From assembly GCA_973895155.1 (NCBI GenBank), contig OZ316894.1, forward strand, positions 2,558,457-2,622,456: DNA of 64,000 bases, read 5' to 3'. This document shows, one piece after another, positions 24,168-36,988 of the stretch (within the stretch, counting starts at the first letter, position 1; each line of letters starts with the position of its first letter). This stretch comes from Marsupella aquatica. Lineage: Eukaryota; Plantae; Marchantiophyta. Both the position numbers and the translations under genes were made by a program. Under the pieces are notes generated by a model that saw nothing but the letters and a program-made list of their open reading frames with translations, was not told the origin of the DNA and did not search any database.

Positions 24168-26768
24168 CTGTAGAGGCAAGTGACAAATGACTCGAATGAG
24201 CTCCAACTAGGAGCTTTATGCACTTGCCTCACAACAATCGATCAAGATTAGATGATAAGGGAAATCAGCTCGCAATCAACCTCTTGGACCATTCTAACTA
24301 AATGCGCCATTTTTCTGACAAGCTAGCGATCACCATTATTCAAACTCATGCATTTTATTGGAATGCTTACCACCACCGGGGCCGAAGGCATCGGAACATC
24401 ACTGGAATTTTTAAATCTCCAACTAGCTAGCTAAATATTGGGCCACCAAGCCAACTGTCACCTGCTTATCAAACGATTTACACGACAAATACATATTTAC
24501 TTCTACTAAAATTGTTTGTTATCGTATGACGGGAACGTGGAGGGACGCTATTAGGATTCTAGTGCATGTAGAATGAGTATGTTTATTTCCGCTCCCAGAA
24601 ATGTAGTTTTTGATCAAGTCTACCGACTAGCCGCTCTGCTTTTGATCAAGTCCCATGGACTACGCCACACACACACTCCTATTGGTCGCTGGTGGAGTGC
24701 TGTCACCACCCCCCTACTCACATGGTCGACCAATCCGTGCAAGTATTCTTTAGACACTTCTTGGGGAAAGAACACAATCGTGAACCAGAAAAGATAACGC
24801 CACACCAAAACTTGAGGAATCAAACCAAATCCATAGATATCTTTTGGCAAAACGTCGTAACATATTGCAAGGACAACCCGGCCTCTTGCCGTCTGCTGTC
24901 ACGCGATTGACATGGGTCTTAACACCAAAAATGTCACTATGGGTGCCAAAACCATCTCTTTGTACCTGAGGATCACGAAGGGATGTTGTAAAGGCCGGTG
25001 AACACCAATTTATGCCCTTAACACCAGACTATCATAACAAGACTCCGTCACACATCACCCAAGCTCAATCCCTAAGAACCAAGGTTGGGAATCAGATCTG
25101 CGCTCATGATAGTTCTGGTGAGAAGGGGCCTTCATATCGGGCCCGTACACACAGGGCCTAGCGCTATGGTGTGCATAGGTCTATACGTATGCTTACTGTC
25201 ATAAGGATGTTTCTATTCCGCCGCCGGAATATACCCATAAACCAGTGACTCCTGACTGATTCCCGACTTAGGGACTTCTACGCCATTGCCCCACCACTCT
25301 GCCATTCCACTCTCAGCAATCAGAGCTATGACAGTCCTCACCTAGCCCGCTTCAATGCACCCTGTACACCTCTCAGTGGTGCTGCTAGTCCCATCATACA
25401 CTCAGATTGCCTCACACACACACACATCCATGAGAGAAATGAGGCCTAAGAGGAAAACTCAATTAGATTCAACGATGTGCACAATAGTTCACTGAGAACA
25501 CTTGATCCGAACAATAGGCCCGAAGGCTCTCTACTCCAGATTGCGACGTGCTTGCCATGCAAGCTCAATCCTGAACCTGAGCCCGGCTCACTCCAGATTG
25601 TGACGGCAGATTGGACTCGAACCAATCCTGTACTTGCCTTGCAAACTCAATCCTGAACTTAACCTCCTTCACTGCACTTCATTCTTGGGGGCACATACAG
25701 ATCTCACACCTCCAATTCAGAACGTCAAGTTATGCATGCACAGTTGACTCGACTTCAAAGCTGGTACCAGGCCTAACAACGATCTATCCCAGACTGCAAT
25801 GAGGCCCGGCCTCACGCTTGCCCTGCAAGCTCCGCTCTGGCCATAGATCCCTTAGTGCTCTCCACCAGACAAAGGCCGGGACTTCCCATGGATCACGTAG
25901 CCTTGCCAGACTGAACTGTAAATGCTCCTCTTGCTGCCCCTCAATCAGTGTCTCAGCCTCCCTAATGTGCTCACCACAAATCAAATTGACATCCTCCCCA
26001 CAGTTTACAATCGCCAATACATCACCTATCACCAAGGCTCTGTATCGGGGGAAAAGAACCCAGTTGTGCTGCCCACTAGAAAGAGCCACAATCCAACTCG
26101 CAAACCTAGCAACTCGTTGCTATGAAGCTTGGCTGATTACTCCCTAAGTAATAGCACAACCAAGCTCTCCCCAACACGCAGTGTCCAAGTCCAGCCTTGC
26201 TTGCACAGAGCTCCTCCCTGCTGCTCAATCTAATTGAGATCACACAACTGAAGTCCCCCTGCCTCTACCAGGGGCTGCTCTATATACTCTCATACTGAGC
26301 CCAAATGGGTGGATACTACGCTGCTGGAGCCCCATCCCAGCCCTAACAGAGTCGCCACTATCTCTAACTACTGAACCCTAACTCGCAACTTTATTTCTAT
26401 CTCGAATTGGCTATGTACTTCGGATTCGACCCTCCTCCATGGTTTTTGCGAGCTTGCGCCTCCTCTCCCGATTTCTCTATTCAACCATTTGCTGCGTGGA
26501 TAGCAGCGTTGGAAGCGGCTTGAGCTCCTCTTTCCAACGAGGTCAATTATAGCCGATTTGGTCAAATACATAGAGAGTTATGCCCCCGCAACCGAGAGGG
26601 GGTACTCACTGCTGCGCTAACCCGAGTTTGGCTAACCTAGCTATCCTATCTAACCCGAGTAGAGCTAACCCGTGGTCTCGGGTTAGGCCGCTACCCGCTA
26701 TCCGCTATCCGCTAACCTAGCCTAAGCTGAGCCCGAATCCAAGCTTACCTATGCTAACCTGAGGCCGC

Positions 26769-26915
26769 GCTGACCTGAGCTAAGCTGAAGCCGTGCTGAC
26801 CTGAGCTAAGCTGAAGCCGTTCTTACCTGAGCTAAGCTGAAGCCGTGCTTACCTAAGCTAAGCTGAAGCCGTGCTGACCTGAGCTAAGCTGAAGCCGTGC
26901 TCACATAAGCTAAGC
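26769..26915 (+). repeat. 26-bp tandem repeat (~5.5 copies)
   Basis: gctgacctgagctaagctgaagccgt units start at 26769, 26795, 26821, 26847, 26873 and 26899 (partial). Confidence 0.9.
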
Positions 26916-28075
26916 CGTGGTCGAGCTTGGGTTAACCCGAAACTGAAGCCGAATCCGCTAATTCCGGTCACAAGTTAACCCGTCACACTAATCAGGCCGT
27001 ATCTTTCTTAATACACCTCCGTTTCTCGAGTGTTTTATATCGATTTTATTCGCCTTGACCAGATCTTTCCAATGCTCTTTACAGATCCGGATTTGGTGAC
27101 ATATTGAAAGAGATATGGTCATCGACCACCCGCGATATAGCTTTTATTTCCCTACTCTTAACGTCATGATTGCCCTTATTCTTGCCATCTTGCTAATTGT
27201 TATGCAATATCAATAACTACTCCTTGCATACAGCGACCTACTTAATCAGATTACAAAATAAGGACCATGTCATTGGCGTCACAACTGCCCAACTACTGCC
27301 TCACTAGGGCAAGTGCTACACCTCTACCTCACTACTCTGGCTTGATTCCCTCTTCTGGCTATGAGCTAACTTCCCTAAGCAAACACTAGACTGAGTTCCC
27401 CCCCTCATTACTCCGGGGCTCTCCCCCTAGATACCAAGAAAACACACCAAAGCACCCCTCACGGGGCCACAACGATGGCGGCTTACCCTAGCGGCGCCGC
27501 TAAACCCTTCACTAAGAAGCCCCCAAACTAAAAGCATGCGGCACACACATGCTTCTAAAACCCTAAACCCTAAACTAACAATGGGGCCGACGGTGCCTTC
27601 GACGGCACCCAACATTACTCCGTGAACCGTGAAATTGCAAGGAACCCCGCAATGGCCGAAACTAGGCGCCCATCCACTTGCACTTCTGAGTTCACCCCTG
27701 GATAGCTCTCCTCCTCCTGAACATGACGCACTCAACCGCTCTTGAAACGGACATCGGACGACCAAGTTATGGTCGTTTCAGTATCCCGTAAACCCAACTT
27801 CGTCGGGCCCTAACCTGCTCATCCTGGCTCTGTTTGAGGAGCGCTGCCTCTTGTTGGAATCAGCTCCGCGAGCCCTTTCCAACAAGCCCATGAGTGACCC
27901 CTCAAAAAAAAGTTGGAAAGTTAAGGGGCCGTACAACCACGTCCTCCTCTTCACTCACGGTGCCCTAGCTTGAGCCCCGTGAGTGGGCCTCCTCATCACT
28001 CCACTGGAGTGAGTGCCACCTCACTCCTCTTCTTCTTTACCGGGGTACTCCTTGTGCTAGTGCTCCCCTGCTTCC

Positions 28076-29395
28076 TCAAATTGGCCAAGGCCTGCCACGC
28101 CTTAATGTACCCCTCACCAATAGTGTCCTTCCATAAGGCCGCCTCTTCACCGGACCGCAACTCCAACGGTAAAACCTGCTCGGTGGCCATGGGAGTCCCA
28201 GGGGTGACAAGGCTCCCTTCAAGTTGGAGATCTCCACGTGAGCTGCTTGGAGAAGTTTAACCTTCTCATGAATGGCCTCCTCCTTGGCCTTGATCACCTC
28301 CTTCATAGACAGGGCACTCTGCTCCAAAGTCGCTACTCTGGCGATGGCCTCCTTGAGAGAATCTCTCAATGCGTGGACTAGCTTGAGTCCCTCATGGACT
28401 CCCTCCCAGAATTCCCGTAACTCCGCCAGGTAGACATCAGGAATGTCGTAGACCAGGGGCTCCTCCAGATCTCCCACAAGTGATTCAAGCCACTCCAATG
28501 TGGAGTCCTCATCCTGGTTTTCTTCCTCTCTATTATCATCCCCAACCGCCGACGATGATCCCTCCGTTAGTTTCCCCAAGATGGTAGTGGCAATACTCCT
28601 TATTTCCGTGGTAAGGGATGATCTAGAGTCTTCCTGTCCCGGGCAAACAATCCACCCTTCTACTCTGGCCAGCAAAAATGACCCCATCAAATGTATAGCC
28701 CCACCTGGTTTCACACTCCAGGGATCCGCGTCCAATAGCTTCTTCAACCCGTAGTACCACCATCCGTACACATGGGCTGGATAGTTCTTGATGTCCATAG
28801 CTACCACGAAATGCTCTCCATTCACCACCCCGGATTGCACGTTACCAAGGACCCGTTGATGAACCTTGGCCAGAAATCCTTTGTGCTCAGCATCCTTGAC
28901 GGCGGAAAGAGGAATGGAAGTAGTGGAGGTGGGATTAATCACCCAACCGGCCACCATTGTCAACGTGAGCTCTCCCCTTATGTTCCGAGGTGTGAATGAG
29001 AATTGTTGGTTCTCCAGGAACAGAAGCTTAGCTAACTCCATATGGGGCACTACCCGTTGGAGACATTCAAAGTAGATTCCTTCCGTACGTAACTCCATCT
29101 CGGCCCCAATGTTCCAACTCTTCCCCGAAGGGATTGTAATCTCCACCTTCATGAACTCCGTGAGCCCGGCGGCTTGAAAAATATTCCTACAATCCTCCAT
29201 CACCTTGGCGGAGGTTTTGGGATAAATTCGACGAAAAACCTTCCTCATAACCGGTGCTGGACTTGCTGCCGGTCCAGTACTCATCGTAGCGTCTCTCTCT
29301 TCTCTCTCTCTTGCAATCAATGTCTCAACGTAGTCACGGTAAGCAGCCTTGTATCTCCGAATGCGTGCCGCACTAAACTCCGGTTGATCCAGCAT
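28076..29395 (-). CDS. Unknown 439-aa protein with C-terminal coiled coil, likely a retroelement accessory ORF
   Basis: Long uninterrupted ORF; acidic linker and heptad-like LRDSLKEAIARVATLEQSALSMKEVIKAKEEAI; family not recognised. Confidence 0.45.
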   Translation of the reverse strand: MLDQPEFSAARIRRYKAAYRDYVETLIAREREERDATMSTGPAASPAPVMRKVFRRIYPKTSAKVMEDCRNIFQAAGLTEFMKVEITIPSGKSWNIGAEMELRTEGIYFECLQRVVPHMELAKLLFLENQQFSFTPRNIRGELTLTMVAGWVINPTSTTSIPLSAVKDAEHKGFLAKVHQRVLGNVQSGVVNGEHFVVAMDIKNYPAHVYGWWYYGLKKLLDADPWSVKPGGAIHLMGSFLLARVEGWIVCPGQEDSRSSLTTEIRSIATTILGKLTEGSSSAVGDDNREEENQDEDSTLEWLESLVGDLEEPLVYDIPDVYLAELREFWEGVHEGLKLVHALRDSLKEAIARVATLEQSALSMKEVIKAKEEAIHEKVKLLQAAHVEISNLKGALSPLGLPWPPSRFYRWSCGPVKRRPYGRTLLVRGTLRRGRPWPI

Positions 29396-31418
29396 CCATG
29401 CCTCCAGAAATCAAATCCTCAATCACCAAATCCCATCACCCGTAGCAATGTCAATCCCTGGCCCGAAACGGCCCTCGTATCCCGATCAATCAATTACCCT
29501 CCTCAATTCCCTCAGAAGCCACTCCATGCTGCTGCCGCTAATGCCCGGAAGAATCATGCCAACAAGCCCCAACAATTGACCAAGAGAAAGAGCTTCCAGA
29601 ATAATTGTAAAATGTGGAGAGAGCTTGGCAATGAGAGAACTTGCTTTCGGCAGAGTAAGAAGTCCCAAAGAGAAGGGAGGGAGAGAGAAAAAAACAAATA
29701 CAAAGGAAAGGGAAGTAAACCCCTTTCTTCACCCTCCTCATCGATTTTTTCTCCCGGCTCCCCTCACGCCATGCGCCCCGGCTCGCGGCCCTATGAAGGG
29801 CTTGCGTATGCCGACACGCGGCCCTCCTCACCTACCGTCCCCGCACCTCGCTGCAGGTGCCCAGTCCTCCAAGGCTGGGGGAATTTAATTTCCCCCCCCC
29901 CACTCGCAGCCCCTCATGCGGGCCCTTCCCACGGGAGATTAATTGCTCCCCCCCACTCCGCGATCTTCTCCTCCCGGCGCCGGCTGCGGCCCGGTTGCGC
30001 TAAGCCCCGGCTCGCCTCTCGCCCCAGCTCGCCTTGTGCCCCGGCTTGCCTCTTGCCCCAGCTTGCCTCGTGCCCTCGCTCGACTCGCCTGGGCTTGCCC
30101 ACTCGCGGGCTCCTCCTGGCTCTCGCACCCCGCCCGGTACCTCCCGGCTCCCCACAAGCCATGCGCCCCGGCTCGCGCCCTCTGGCTTGCGGCACCCTCT
30201 GCCTCGGGTTCTGCTGGTGGGCTCGCGGCCCTATGCAGGGCTCGCTCCCTCCTTGCGGTACCCCCTTTACTCGCGGAGCCCCGCTTAGCGCCCTCGTCCC
30301 GGCTGCACCTTGCTTTCTCCCCCTCGCTGTTGCGTCTACTTGCGGCTGCGGCTGGTGGGCTCGTGGCCCTATGCAGGGCTCGCGGCCCTCTCCTTTGTTC
30401 ACTCGCGGGGCCCCTTTTAAGAGGGCTCCTTGAGAGGGGTTTAATTCCCCCCAACTCCTTCTCGCCATGCGCCCCGGCTGACCTCGTGACCCGACTCGCC
30501 TTATGGAGATGCCAGGTGGCGTCCACAGGGGCTGCCCCTTATGGACCCCCTATTTCTCTCCCCTTTACCCCAACAACTGTTAACCTCTCAAAAGAACTCA
30601 TTCTCTTCTTTTGGCCCCTGTTGTGGTTATACCCATTTAACCCCAAAAAGAAAAGTTAACCTCTTGGACTTATAGGGGGAACTTGTCAATGGTTCAAGCG
30701 AAATGGCCAGGCCACCTATTTGCCCCCCAGGTTGTCGTGACCGTTTAGAACAATTCTGAGAAGGACATAAAGTAAAGTCCTCCTGCAACACCTACTTGAA
30801 AGGACGAAATTAACGCGAAAAAATTAAAAAACGGCTTATTTACAATGATTATTTACATGGCACAATCCAGTAAACAATTATTGAGGATTTTATGTGACGG
30901 GAGCCCTGTCACACCAACCACGCCAGCTAGGCCAGGCTATACTGTCTGACAATGACCAGGGCCAGTGGGCCGTACAATCAACCTTCATCCCTGTTTCAAG
31001 AGCGAGCCAGGCAAGGGGTATAGGGAGGAGGAGGGGGGCTGGGGAGCTCATTTGCTCCTCTCTCTTTTTGTGAATTTTCTCTCCTGCGCTCTCTTCTCTT
31101 CCTCTCTTGCTCTCCTCTCTTAGTCTGGCAGCGCTACCTCCTTCTCATTGCATGTAGCTGGCTGCAATTTAGGGTTTGGAGTGGATTGCGGTTGCCTACG
31201 TGTTTGAGTCTCCTACTGCCATGTGGCACCATCGTACAACTGACATTATGTCTGAGCTGGAGGTGAACTTTATCTACGACGATGATTACACTGAGGACGG
31301 CGGTGGTCCAAATGTCAAGGCCCTTCTTGAGGAGGCATTGAAAGATGGCAACAAGTTCAGAAAACATCTCCATGGTGCACACTTTTGACTCGCATACATT
31401 CCGCTTTTGTATTGAGAT

Positions 31419-31895
31419 GGTTGATCCCGGATCAACCCTCTTTTGATATGGATTCGTTGAAACCATCAATTATATTTGTGTCTCACTATGTGGTTAGACA
31501 TTCTTGATCTCTATGAATCCATAATTGTAGTGTGAAATGCAATAAATACTCTTTTCACAGGCATCGGGTTGATCCAAGATCAACCCTCACTATACACTTA
31601 AATTGTGTTGATCCGACATCACTCGGACTCCTATACACATGAATTCTTTCACTCAATCTGCACGGGTTGATTCTGGATCTACCTCCGCACAAATTAGGTT
31701 GATAAACTATTCCTCCACACAAACTAGGTTGATCCGGGATCAACCCTCTCTTGACACGGAGCTGGTTGATCCCAAATGAACCTTTGCTTTGCACATACAT
31801 TTGGTTGAATTTGGATCAGTCCTCCTCTTGTAATACAGATTGGGATGATCCGGGATCAATCCTCTTCTAGAGAAATTGTTGAATCCAGGATCAAT
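31419..31895. repeat. Array of GGTTGATC-N3-GATCAACC palindromes
   Basis: Perfect-armed copies at 31419, 31567 and 31727; variants at 31665, 31764, 31803, 31843 and ~31878. Confidence 0.85.
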
Positions 31896-31945
31896 GCTAG
31901 TTCATTTGAATTTCATGATCCAAGAGAGGATGCTAGGTTGGAAGA

Positions 31946-34900
31946 ATGTATTATTGTCACAGTGTCTTTTGGTTGTCAATGTTTTCTAAACTATTTGTGA
32001 CACAATGTGATTCTATTTCAAACAAAAAGTGGAGACACATCAAAGTGTCGGAACCGGTGACGGAGACAGTCAAGATTCTTGGAGTGCGTGAGAATAGCTT
32101 CGAATGGGCGTTGGAATTCATGACAGACGTGAGCTCTGGCCTTCAAATTCTTTGTGCAAAGTTGAAATCTCCCGGGCTTGATCCTCTTATTCCGGTTGGT
32201 CTTGGTCCGGTGGTCCGAGTCTCAATCCCAAATGGCAATGAGATTCATTGTACAGCAGAGAGTCAAGAGAATAAGAAGTGGATTTCTTTTACGCTACCAA
32301 TGAAGAAATACTCTTACAGCTTGAATGCTGATTGGGTTGGTCGTGGAGGAATCAGTGTGGTTGGGATGGGTTTATTTTCGGATGTCTGTACTGCTAAATC
32401 AATGTTAGAAGGAAATTGCATGATACAAACTGCGGCCGACATAGTTCTTGGATTTGACTTCCTGGCGTACTTTATCCAATCAAATCCTAATATTGTAACA
32501 AATCCAAACACTTGGCGGCTGGAGAAGTTGGTGAATAGCGCTGGTCTTGCTGACCGTGCTTTCAAGGTTTTTCTCAAGGGTGACTTGGTTTTTTGTGGTT
32601 GGGATGACAAGAAGGCTCGACGTTGGATTTCTACTTTGAAGAGCACACAGGTCGTGGATAAGCCAGGAAGTAGTTCAATCCCAAACCGGAGAACACTGAA
32701 ATTGTCAGGTGGAACCAATCCTTCTTCTCCGGAAAGATCTAAACCAGAGGAACTTAGGCCCATCCATTCCACTGTACCCGATCACAAGAAGTCTACGGTT
32801 AATTTGGTTCTTGGGAAAGGGAAGAGCATTCGATCAACTGAACCAAAAATTATTTTGAGTTCATCTAATGAGACCAATTCAGATGGTGGCAGTCTCAACG
32901 AATCGGATGAGAATAACGATGACACATCTGAGGAAGATGATTCAGACACTGAGGCAAGTGAAGATAATGGTAAAGTTACTACAAAATGCAAAGCAAAGCG
33001 AGCGAGGTCAGATTACTCAGAGGAGGAGGATGAAGTCAACACAAAGAAAAAGAAGAAAAATAGTCAACCCTCCACAAGAGTTTCGCGGCCTGCAAAAGAG
33101 AAGCGGCCAGCAACAGAGAAGAAGGCACGGGAGCCAAAGCCAAAGATGCCAAGGAAGAAGCGAGAGCCAAAGGTCAAGAACCCAACTAAAAAACAATCTT
33201 CACTTGAGAAGATGGCCAAAAAGAGGAAATCAGAGAAGGAGAACGCTTTCTGTAATTACCGCTACAAAAGGGATGATTGTGACGTATGAGGGGATGAAGG
33301 GCCAGCAGCAGCGCCTTTGGAGTCAAAGGTTAGAGAGTGTAGAGAGGTTTTGGATACGCTTGAAAAATACTACACATTTGGTATGGATGAGATTTTTCAA
33401 GGACCTGTGGATCTTATTGTCCCTCCACCAGCTCGACTTTGCTATTGAATGATAAATAGGGAGCACGTGAAACAGATTGCCGACTCCATGGTGGAGAAGC
33501 CAGGGCATCAACCGCATGTTGCTGATTTGATTGCCTTCTCACCAACAACAAAGAAGTTGGTTCATTTTGAGAACACTAAGGCAGATAGGAATGATTTTTT
33601 AGGAGCCATTGCAAAAAAGGAGATTATGTTCTTTGCAATTAGTGGGCAGCATTCAGCACGGGCGGCTCAATGGATTCAAGGCTGGGCTAAAACTGACGCA
33701 AAGCTCACAAATATTGCAAAGAATCTCATGCTAAGGAAAGCAAGGATTTTGTCGGACACTACGCCATCAGCAATACTTGCTGAGCATTCAAGCAGATCCA
33801 ATGCAATCAATGAGGCCATGGAGTTCAAGTCGTGTTTCCTAGAGACTGTCTTACATGCAAGAAGACAGTTTGTGGAGATGGGTCGTCCTCCAAAGCCCAT
33901 TGTTGGTTCCAATCAGAAAACTCATAACACACGATTTAATGTGAGTTTTCATACCCTTCTTGAGGTCAAAAACAATGTTTTAGACCTGAATGTTTCTATT
34001 GATCTCCATATTTTCATCAATCTTGGTGGGAGGGGCTATACGGGATCAACCCTCTTTGTTTGTGATCTATCTAGTTGTCAACTCTAACAATCCAATTTGT
34101 TGTGTTTCTAGGAATGGGCAAAAGTCGCAATGCACACACTGAACCGAGCATCATTGAAACAGATGTATTGGTTGATTCTTGCTGATGACAATCTTTTCAT
34201 TCTTTGGAAGAAGGTATGTCAAATGTGGCTTGACGGAATCCTTCCAGATGGTGCTGGTGAGACTGGGAACAAAAGAGCAGGGAAGACAATTACTCCTGCC
34301 CCTTTCCGTTGTTTTGAAGGAGATGTGAGTGCATAGGAAATTATTTCAATTTTAAACTCTGTGGCGAGTGGACACTTGCTTCTCAAAAAAGATGCGACTA
34401 ACAAAAGTTTCATTTCCACAATGGGAGAGAAGGCACATACAATAAAGATATTGAGAAAGTTGAAGCTGCACATTATCCAGATCCTTGTGGATAAACACCC
34501 TGAGACCTTTGCACCGACGGCCACATGGGGCTCTGCAATTAGCATTTTGCCAGCTTTGGAAAAGCCAGGTGAGTTGGATCGATTGTGGTGGGCGGCTGGA
34601 GAAGTATTTCTACAAGGGTTGTTAAAGAAGGGTGCTGCAAAGGAGGATGTTCCTCAAAGTCTTGTGTTAAGACTTGAAACCCTCTATTGTGCACGGTTTG
34701 GTGGAATTGCCCGAAAGCGAACAGAGCCTTTGTTGCTTTTTGGAGTGAGAACTTGATGAAGACCATCAAGCCAGATGTCTTTGAGGAGATTTCTCCACAA
34801 TGTCCTCTTGCAATAGTGGATTTTAGTCGAGAAAGGCAAAGGGACTGGACTGATTCCGAGCTTTTGGTTTTCTTCAACTATATTTTGGAGTAGTCTAGAA

Positions 34901-36740
34901 ATTCGACAATTGTTGTAGTGCTGATAGCCCTACCTGGTATGCTTTGCACAAATATTGTGCTTGCACTCAACATGCTTCGAAGGGAGAAGAAAGTGAGTGT
35001 CCACTACGAGTATGGCAGCTATTCCACGGCACAGGGGCCCCAGCCGAAGGGAACATTTTGGGATGGTGCCCAAGAGCAAGTGATATTTGCTGGGCTTTCA
35101 AGTGATGAGCAAGTTTGGTGGTGAGATATTTTCAAGCCGCAAGCACTTGTGCCCACTTTTTACTATAGTGAGAGTCAAGACTGTGATTTTCTTATTCGGG
35201 ATAACAAGTGTCACAAGTCAGGAGGGGAGGAGGAGAATGTCGCAGCAAACGCTGTTCAAGGGCAAAACAAAATGTCACCGTCTAATGTGCTCAAGATTAT
35301 TGAGAGTGCACCAACCTATGAAATGGTTGGTCATAAAGGAGGTTTTGTGAATCCGACTGGCAAGCCCCAACGGATGATTAATGAGATCTTGAAGGCACTC
35401 TCCGTGCCAGGTGATACAATTCTTGATTTTTTTCTGGAGGCCAAGTTCTTAAATGTTGTTTACTGTCTGCAAGAGAGTGTTTTGTATATTCGGACACACA
35501 AGCAGAGTTTGATTTCACGCAAGCATATGCAAGGATGATATATGAAGACGTTCCATCAATCAAAGCTTCATTTTGTTTGCTTCCATCAAATGATGATAGT
35601 TTACGTCATGAAGATCTTGGGCAAGATTATAATCTTGCTACTTCAATTCTTCCTGCTCGACCGAGCGTTGGTGCTTTGGTTTCACAAATTGCAGATTACA
35701 CAAAGACTCTGGTTGAGAGAGAGACTATCGATGGAGAGGTGATGGAGTCATGGGATGATGCAAATGCTTTTTGCTTGAACGGTGCACAAACAACTCCTAC
35801 TGCCCCATGCCCACCAAGTGCACGAAGCAGTCACGGAACAGGAGGCCTTGGGGCTGATCTATTGGTGGAGCAAATTCCCAAAAATGTTCTTGGAGGAACG
35901 CTTTCGTCAACGGCGGATGCAGGGTGGGAATCTTCTAATCCACTTTTGAGTGGTGAGTATCCTGGACGTGAAAAGACTGTTGGAGGTCCCATTAGTGGAC
36001 TTCAAGGGGATACTCAGGAGAGACATCCGGAACATAATCAAGATGTCGAAGGAAATGTTACATCTCCAGTTGTCGATGGATTTGGTACAATAAGAGGACA
36101 ATTGGAAGAAGGGGAGATTGGAAACCGAGTGCATCATTTGAGTGATGATCTCCTAACTCCAACAGGCCCACGGGATTGTCCACAGATTCAAGCTATGGTG
36201 GAACAAGTGCATGTGAAGGAGAACAAAGCACCAAAAGTCCCACCAACAAAATTGGTAGAGATGGGAACGACTCAAGGAGAGAAGAAAGTACCACCAGTGA
36301 TTGCAAAAGGTGGCCCGATGGATGCTAAGACGTCCAAGAGTGGCACTCTTCAGGCAGGTGCATCCATTTCTTCCACGTCTCCTAGTTATTGTTCTTCAAA
36401 TGACAAATTGGTTTTCATGTCTAGCTCTACGGGCAGCCCTGTGGTCCTACTACGATCAAAAAATCCTGGAAAGACTCTAGGAAAGACAGGGTGGGTCCGT
36501 GAACAGGCCGAGTGCACACATTTCATCTGGATAGATGGACCTAAAAAAGGAGAGATTGTTTCAAAAAAAGATGCTACTGGAATATTGATTGATCCTGAGT
36601 ACTTAAGGAAAGGGAACAAGTTGCAACCAGTCTTTTCAAAGCCAACTTATGTTAATGAAGCTCCCTCAGATGTCAACTATGAGCTTCAGAATATGCTAGG
36701 TGAAGCAACCATCGATGAGTATGGGTCTTTTAGCATGTAA
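31946..36740 (+). pseudogene. Multidomain ParB/Srx-like + beta-class N4/N6 DNA-methyltransferase-fold protein (disrupted)
   Basis: PVDLIVP..CY(R)MINREHVKQIADSM..FAISGQHSARAA (ParB-like); NPTGKPQRMINEILKALSVPGDTILDFF[SGG] (motifs X-I after restoring one T in T7 at 35427-35433); intron GT 33941 to AG 34111; five in-frame TGA/TAG stops. Confidence 0.72.
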
Positions 36741-36988
36741 ATGTACACTTGTACATCCTCTAAAATCCATTTTGAACTCATTCGTTAACAGAGGTAGATG
36801 AAGAGATATCAAGTGTGAAGAAGCAGTCACGGCCAAAACTATGCAATTCAGAAGGTATTTGGTGTGGTCATTTATTGTTTTGTCTGTTTTTTTGATGAGT
36901 TTGTCGATGGCGTCGGCTCATGACCCTCTTTGGTTCTTTATTGGTTATTCGGTTTGATTTTGATATCAAGTGATTTGACATCTTACAG

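Larger units (their letters stand above)
24500..30730. mobile_element. Probable nested, degenerate LTR-retroelement remnant (boundaries uncertain)
   Basis: LTR-like composition 25300-26400; TGGCGACTC PBS-like motif on the minus strand near 26349; internal tandem repeat; GC-rich UTR-like block; no recognisable RT or integrase. Confidence 0.4.

Noticed and set aside
29174-30659. Long overlapping ORFs (419, 238, 195, 184 aa)
   Set aside because: GC-rich, low-complexity repeat sequence open in several frames, with no domain signal.
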